From: a bacterium
GTDB taxonomy: Bacteria; Hinthialibacterota; Hinthialibacteria; Hinthialibacterales; Hinthialibacteraceae
DNA length: 64,000 nt
Direction: 5' to 3'
Assembly (NCBI GenBank): GCA_963662285.2
Contig: CAXXMV010000002.1
Location: 832,001-896,000 of the forward strand
The stretch's first letter is position 1, and each line of letters begins with the position of its first letter. Below are positions 58,414-64,000 of the stretch, piece by piece. The notes below the pieces were generated by a model that had not been told where the DNA came from, made no database searches, and saw only the letters and a program-made list of their open reading frames with translations. Position numbers and translations under genes: made by a program.

Positions 58414-59097
58414 TTAAACCGCCCAAATCGCTGCGCCGTTAACCTGGTTGCCGTTTTGAGTGTCTACCACCATGTATTCCCAATGTTTGATGTCAAATCC
58501 CGCTTCTCCTAAAAGATCGACCAGTTCGCGCTCACTAAAATGATGGGCTTGAAATGATATTTCGCCGCTTTTATCTTTACCTATAAATGACCCGAATTCC
58601 CCGGTTTCCTTTTCACCATCAACATAACGTTGGTAATAAATCGGATTATGCCAGGTCTGCATAAATACCGCCAGATATAATCCACCGCCCGTCCGGATAA
58701 TCCTCCGCGCTTCGCGTAATGCTTTTAACCTGTCTTCAGGATTAGTCAGCGTTGTCAAAACCGCCATTATTAATCCCGCTTTGAACTCATTATCCCTGAA
58801 TTCTGTATCTAGCGCATCACGTTTATAAAAATGACATTCTTTATATTTATCATTGGTAGATTCTTCAAGTTTTTTACTGGCAAAGCGTATGCAGTGCTCG
58901 TTCTGATCAAATCCGGTGATTGGTCCATATCCCCGGTTGAGCAACTCAAAGCAGATGCGGCCTGCGCCACAACCAATATCTACTATCGGCTGCCCCCTGC
59001 GTACGTTCTTATAAAATATTGGTTGGGGGTATATGGTTCCGGGTACTGTCGTGCCTTTGAACTGATTCCAGTCTTTGTGAGTTTTGTTAGTCGGCAT
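58414..59097 (-). CDS. Class I SAM-dependent methyltransferase
   Basis: VDIGCGAGR, GFD, LREARRIIRTGG. Confidence 0.82.
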   Translation of the reverse strand: MPTNKTHKDWNQFKGTTVPGTIYPQPIFYKNVRRGQPIVDIGCGAGRICFELLNRGYGPITGFDQNEHCIRFASKKLEESTNDKYKECHFYKRDALDTEFRDNEFKAGLIMAVLTTLTNPEDRLKALREARRIIRTGGGLYLAVFMQTWHNPIYYQRYVDGEKETGEFGSFIGKDKSGEISFQAHHFSERELVDLLGEAGFDIKHWEYMVVDTQNGNQVNGAAIWAV

Positions 59098-59302
59098 CTA
59101 GGTCGCTCGCTTGGTGAACTTTGCGTATGATATTACGTCTGTCTAAAAGTATTTGAAAAATAAAAATACGCTATTCCACTTTATAAACCCATCTGGGATT
59201 AAGTGGAAGATGGTTGAGCCGCTATCCTTTAAGTTTATCTGATTAAAACGATCCACTGGATTTCCCATTGTTAAACTTTATCATAGTATCCAGGTTCTAA
59301 TT

Positions 59303-60301
59303 ATGACAAAAGATACTATTCTCGAAATCAAAGACCTTCATACCCATTTTTTTACGGCTGAAGGCGTGGGACGCGCCGTTGACGGCGTCTCTTTTCACGT
59401 AAATCGCGGCGAAACGCTTGGTCTGGTCGGCGAATCCGGTTGCGGTAAGAGCGTCACTTCTCTCTCTATCCTGCGCCTGATCCCCAATCCGCCAGGACGC
59501 ATTGTCTCTGGAAATATCATTTTTAATCAGCAGGATTTGCTGCAACTCTCTGAAAAAGAGATGCGTTCCATTCGCGGCAATAAAATATCCATGATTTTTC
59601 AGGAACCAATGACGGCGCTCAATCCGGTCTTTACAGTCGGCGAGCAGATCGCTGAAGTGTTCCGCATCCACCGCAAAATGAAGCGCCGTGAGGCTTTCGA
59701 TTCAGCTGTGGAGATGATGGATAAGGTTCGTATAGCCGCTCCCCGCGCAAGAGCCAAAGAGTATCCCCATCAGTTATCAGGTGGAATGCGGCAGCGCATC
59801 ATGATCGCCATGGCGCTGGCTTGCGACCCTGACCTGCTAATTGCCGATGAACCGACTACAGCGTTAGATGTAACCGTCCAAGCGCAGATTCTGGCTTTAA
59901 TGGACGATCTTCAGCAACGCACCGGCGCGGCTATTTTGTTGATTACCCACGATTTAGGCGTGATAGCCGAAACCGCCGACCGGGTGGCGGTGATGTATGC
60001 CGGACAGGTGGTTGAACAAGCCCCGGTTAAACAAATATTCTCGGATCCCCTGCATCCCTATACCCGTGGATTGCTCCGGTCCATCCCCAGAACCACCCAT
60101 GCCGATCAAACCCGGCTCAATGTAATCCCTGGAACAGTTCCCAGTGCGGCTCATTATCCCTCAGGATGCAGATTCAATCCCCGCTGCAGCGAGCGTCTGG
60201 ATATCTGCGATAAGCAGGAATGTGCATCCGAAACAACCAATGATAATCGTGATATTCGTTGCTTCTTATATCAAAAAGAGGATGCGCCGCTGGTGGAGTG
60301 A
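59303..60301 (+). CDS. oppD: Oligopeptide/dipeptide ABC transporter ATPase (OppD/DppD)
   Basis: [37 protein letters not shown]. Confidence 0.9.
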   Translation: MTKDTILEIKDLHTHFFTAEGVGRAVDGVSFHVNRGETLGLVGESGCGKSVTSLSILRLIPNPPGRIVSGNIIFNQQDLLQLSEKEMRSIRGNKISMIFQEPMTALNPVFTVGEQIAEVFRIHRKMKRREAFDSAVEMMDKVRIAAPRARAKEYPHQLSGGMRQRIMIAMALACDPDLLIADEPTTALDVTVQAQILALMDDLQQRTGAAILLITHDLGVIAETADRVAVMYAGQVVEQAPVKQIFSDPLHPYTRGLLRSIPRTTHADQTRLNVIPGTVPSAAHYPSGCRFNPRCSERLDICDKQECASETTNDNRDIRCFLYQKEDAPLVE

Positions 60302-60324
60302 GAGGGAACTTATTTATCAGCAGG

Positions 60325-61421
60325 TTAAGTCAATTGGTAACTGGTGCTGCGTCCCCCACTGGGATTTTGCTTCATAAACCCAAAGTTTATAAGTTCACGA
60401 ATATCCCGAAGGGCCGTATCCTGAGAACATTTAGCCAGTTTGGCGTATTTACTGCTTGTAAGATTCCCGGCAAATCCGTCCAGTAATCGGTTTATAATTA
60501 TTCGTTGCCGATCATTAATCTGATAACGATTCGCCCGCTCCCAAACGCGGGCTTTGTGAAGAACCGCTGCCAACGTTTCATCCGCACGGTCTATAGCTCG
60601 ACTAAGACAAGATAGAAACCACTCCAACCAGTAAGTAATATCCACGCTTCCTTTTTGAGATTTTTCGAGATGGATGTAGTAATCATAACGTTCTATCTCA
60701 ATCTGAGTCGACATACTATAAAAACGATCCTCGATCTTATCCGCCCGTGCCAGAGCCAGATCAGTAATTGCTCTGGCAATGCGGCCATTTCCATCTTCAA
60801 AGGGGTGAATGGTAACAAACCAGAGATGAGCAACTCCAGCCTTTAACACAGGATCAATAGAGGAAGGCGTATTGAACCACTCCAAAAAAGTTCGCATTTC
60901 ATGATCAAGACGACTGGCTGCCGGAGCCTCAAAATGCACTTTTTCATGGCCCAGATTACCTGATACCACCTGCATAGGATCTGCTTCTGCCGGTCGCCAC
61001 GCACCAACGGTAATCTTGCGTATTCTGCTATAACCAGTAGGAAACAATGCGCTATGCCAGCCAAAAAGGCGTTCTTCGCTCAAGGCGTCGCCATAACATT
61101 TTGTTGCATTCAGCATCATCTCAACAATGCCGTCCACATGGCGATCCACTGGAGTGAAGCCGCCAATATCAAGGTTAAGTTTTCGAGCAATGGAAGAACG
61201 CACTTGTTTATAATCAAGGGTTTCACCTTCAATGGCACTGGACTTTATAATATCGAAAGTGAGAGTTTCAAGACTGGCTTCAGCGCGTAGCGAAAATCCA
61301 AGAGCGCCCATACGGCCTATAAGCAATCCTTGTCGGTACCTTATATCTGCAACCTGAGATGACAACGTATCCATGTCCCATACAGGATCGGCCAACTGGC
61401 ATGTTCGTGGATATACCGCAT
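60325..61421 (-). pseudogene. Fic family protein (DUF4172 N-terminus) with an apparent N-terminal frameshift
   Basis: HPFEDGNGRIAR; the expected start MRYIHEHASWP at 61421 is out of frame with the main ORF (60325-61395). Confidence 0.7.
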
Positions 61422-61509
61422 GATTTATGCCTTTTTGATAAAATTATACCTGAAGTTCTTCACAATTGCAATTAATCTCCGCAAATTTTGCGTAGATTAT
61501 GGTGGTTAT

Positions 61510-62523
61510 TCACCGCAAAGGGAAAAGACTAATAAATTCCTGGATTATCGGAGATTTTCGATCAAAAAATCGCGTGATATCTGATGCAGATACTTGGTTG
61601 TTTATCAGATAAACCTTATCTAAGGCGTTATGTGCGCCAGAGATGATTTGAATAGAAGCCACATTGTTTGCGCAACGGATGTTATCGCCGCTAAGCAAAT
61701 CCAGTACAAATTGATCGGGCGCCAAAGCGAAGATGTTGTTGGTAATAGTGATATCATTCACGTCGCGAGTCATTGCCGCGCTGCGTCCCAGTTTTATTGC
61801 GGAAGCATTTTGGCCTACAAAGAGGTTGTTATCAATATTGATCTTCCAGGCGTAATCTTGGATGGCCATTAGTGGTTTTGGTTGGTCATGCTTGGGCTGA
61901 TGCAGAACATTACGCCTCAGAGTGATATCATGCACCCGTTCGTTTAGTTCTACTAATTCATCCATAGCGGAATGGATAATATTCTCTTCCAGCAGAATAT
62001 CATGCGCATCACGGTGAATCTTCACTGCATCGGCGTTGCGGTATCCAGAGCAGCCATGGGTAATGATGCAGTTGCGTACTGTGATATCTGAACATCCTCC
62101 CAGTATATGTAAGGCATTGGATGGAGCTGGGTTGCTTCGGTTGTTTATCACAAATCCATCAAATATTATATTTTTAACGCCATTTAATAATACCGCCCCA
62201 TGTCCTGAAGCGGCGGAGATTATCGCGCTATGAGTTTTGGCCGCGCGAATCAACACTGGCTTTTGGAAACGTTGGGTTATTCTGATGTTTGGATAGCATC
62301 CTGAAGCCGCCTGTATTATCATCCCGCCAGATTCGGGTAGGCGCGACAATGCGTAACCTATGCTGCGCCAATGGTTTGAGATGCCATCAGATTCAATCGC
62401 ATCGATTCCACCGGGTGATACGAAATAGGTCTCATCAGCGTTAGATGGATATGGCAATATCAAATAGAAGCCCCATAACAGCGCTATCGGCATAAATATA
62501 TTTATCAATAATTTTCTTTTCAT
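61510..62523 (-). CDS. Exported right-handed beta-helix (pectate-lyase-like) protein
   Basis: Signal peptide, YFVSPGG, repeated I.I.NN.. beta-helix motifs. Confidence 0.7.
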   Translation of the reverse strand: MKRKLLINIFMPIALLWGFYLILPYPSNADETYFVSPGGIDAIESDGISNHWRSIGYALSRLPESGGMIIQAASGCYPNIRITQRFQKPVLIRAAKTHSAIISAASGHGAVLLNGVKNIIFDGFVINNRSNPAPSNALHILGGCSDITVRNCIITHGCSGYRNADAVKIHRDAHDILLEENIIHSAMDELVELNERVHDITLRRNVLHQPKHDQPKPLMAIQDYAWKINIDNNLFVGQNASAIKLGRSAAMTRDVNDITITNNIFALAPDQFVLDLLSGDNIRCANNVASIQIISGAHNALDKVYLINNQVSASDITRFFDRKSPIIQEFISLFPLR

Positions 62524-62648
62524 GATGGTTCGGAATATAACCGCATCATTGATTTTCCCGAAGATGGAGCCGAAGATATTGACCGATTTTATAAAATGGA
62601 TAGAATTATCTCTCTCTGAAAGAATTTTGTGAAACAGGAAAAAATATC

Positions 62649-62849
62649 ATGAAAACTGGCATTCATCCAAATTATTATCTAGCGACAGTAAAATGCGCGT
62701 GTGGAAATACTTATGAAACCGGCTCAACTGCTGAGAAAATACACGTGGATATCTGCTCCGCTTGTCATCCATTCTTCACTGGTAAGCAAAAATTGGTCGA
62801 TACAGCCGGACGTATTGAGCGCTTCAAGAAAAAGTATGGTATGAAATAA
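62649..62849 (+). CDS. rpmE: 50S ribosomal protein L31 (Zn-binding type)
   Basis: MKTGIHPNY...CACG...[10 protein letters not shown]...GRIERF. Confidence 0.97.
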   Translation: MKTGIHPNYYLATVKCACGNTYETGSTAEKIHVDICSACHPFFTGKQKLVDTAGRIERFKKKYGMK

Positions 62850-62876
62850 CAAACTCTTATCAACTTATTGTTTACT

Positions 62877-62906
62877 AAAAGGAACGTGAATCAAAGCGTT
62901 CCTTTT
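62877..62906 (+). terminator. Intrinsic terminator after rpmE
   Basis: AAAAGGAACG...CGTTCCTTTT. Confidence 0.7.
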
Positions 62907-63137
62907 GTTTGTTTTAAGTATCCCCCAATTTTATTCATCGCAACGTCTTTCCCCCTCACCAATTTCGGGTAACAAAGTCCCCTCTACCCTTGGGTGAAGA
63001 TGTAATAATAACACGGATATGAACGTTATAATACAAAACATCCTAATCATATTAGACTTATAACGCTTGACCGTGTTACACTCATCCATAGCTATTCATG
63101 CTGGATCCGGTACTTATATAAAAGGGGGAGTATTCGA

Positions 63138-64000
63138 ATGCCAGATCATGTCGATGAAAAGCAGAAAATCCTCGAACAACGATCCATAAAAAGGTGGATT
63201 CCATCAAGACGCACTGTAAAACGGGCTGGATTAGTAATGCTGGCTGTGTTAATTCTAGGATATATCGGTCTTCATATTTGGCTGGAAATATGGTTTGCCG
63301 GAAAAATTGAACGACATTATGGAAAAGAATGTGCTGATTTTTTGAGTACTTTCATGGAAACCACTATTGATATTCCCAAAGAATGGTTGCAAGAGCCATC
63401 CTTTGTGTATTCACCTGATCAATATCAAGACTTTAATCAATCGTGGGAAGCATTTAATAAAGCAAACCATTCATTAGCATCAAAATTCGGTAAATGGGAT
63501 GAACTGCTGAGATCTTCAGGTGGTATCACGAATAATGAATGGCAGGAACTGGGCGGCGACCTCAAAAAAGCCGAACAGTTTTTACTTGCTGGCTCAAAAT
63601 TAAGCCGGGAACTTGAAAATCAGGTTGCCTCATTGAAACTTGATGAGCGGTTTAGAATTCTGCCATCCAATAATTGGACTTATCATAATTATTGTCAGAT
63701 ATCTAGAATCAAAGCTGCTTATCTGATTTATACCAATAAGATCGAAGATGGAGTCGATCTGCTGATTCATACGATGCCCTTTTCAATTTTTGATCCAATT
63801 GTTGATTTCAATAGTTACCAATCAAGAAAATGGTACTTACAGCAAACAGTATCCCAGGCTCATTCCCAAATTAGATATATCGCTAGTAAACAGCATTTAC
63901 GCGGCTGGCTAGATAAACTGAATGAATTGCATCCATTCCTCTTCCGGCGTAATTATGAGAAGGCGCCTATTTACAGTCTTTTAGCGCAAATGAGAGGGGA
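63138..64000 (+). CDS. Membrane-anchored hypothetical protein, truncated by the window edge
   Basis: GGGAG RBS; frame open from ATG 63138 to the end (MPDHVDEKQ...LVMLAVLILGYIGLHIW...). Confidence 0.7.
   Translation, partial: MPDHVDEKQKILEQRSIKRWIPSRRTVKRAGLVMLAVLILGYIGLHIWLEIWFAGKIERHYGKECADFLSTFMETTIDIPKEWLQEPSFVYSPDQYQDFNQSWEAFNKANHSLASKFGKWDELLRSSGGITNNEWQELGGDLKKAEQFLLAGSKLSRELENQVASLKLDERFRILPSNNWTYHNYCQISRIKAAYLIYTNKIEDGVDLLIHTMPFSIFDPIVDFNSYQSRKWYLQQTVSQAHSQIRYIASKQHLRGWLDKLNELHPFLFRRNYEKAPIYSLLAQMRG

Noticed and set aside
1-64000. tRNA, rRNA or known riboswitch
   Set aside because: None recognised by eye; covariance searches were not run, so small ncRNAs cannot be excluded.

Overview
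Ordinary chromosomal window from a bacterium of roughly mid-40s %GC (estimated by eye). The flagellar switch gene, Tat/Sec-exported enzymes and hopanoid genes suggest a diderm, and the lineage cannot be assigned from sequence alone. It holds about 45 mostly unlinked genes: PP2C/SpoIIE phosphatases, an MBOAT+SGNH O-acetylation pair, RNase E/G, bactofilin, DksA-like, a Hel308/Ski2-like helicase, hopanoid shc and hpnH, fliN, nrpR divergent from gdhA, a sensor kinase, blaI with a truncated blaR1, a sulfatase, a subtilase, transporters, Fic and rpmE. No rRNA, tRNA or CRISPR array was seen. The intergenic DNA is dense with several REP/REPIN-like hairpin families, nested MITEs and IS remnants. Strongest leads: (1) a sigma54-driven two-gene orphan operon, one gene holin-like, with a 123-bp MITE inserted at the predicted start site and an IS481-like end downstream; (2) two copies of that MITE, each with its own target duplication; (3) nrpR-gdhA with a near-consensus NrpR operator; (4) three proteins (RNase E/G, a degenerate Nudix, DksA-like) with long basic N-terminal disordered tails; (5) a Hel308-like helicase fused to an OmpR-type winged helix; (6) blaR1 destroyed by an internally deleted, frameshifting IS. 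All family calls come from motif recognition by eye; no database search was run.
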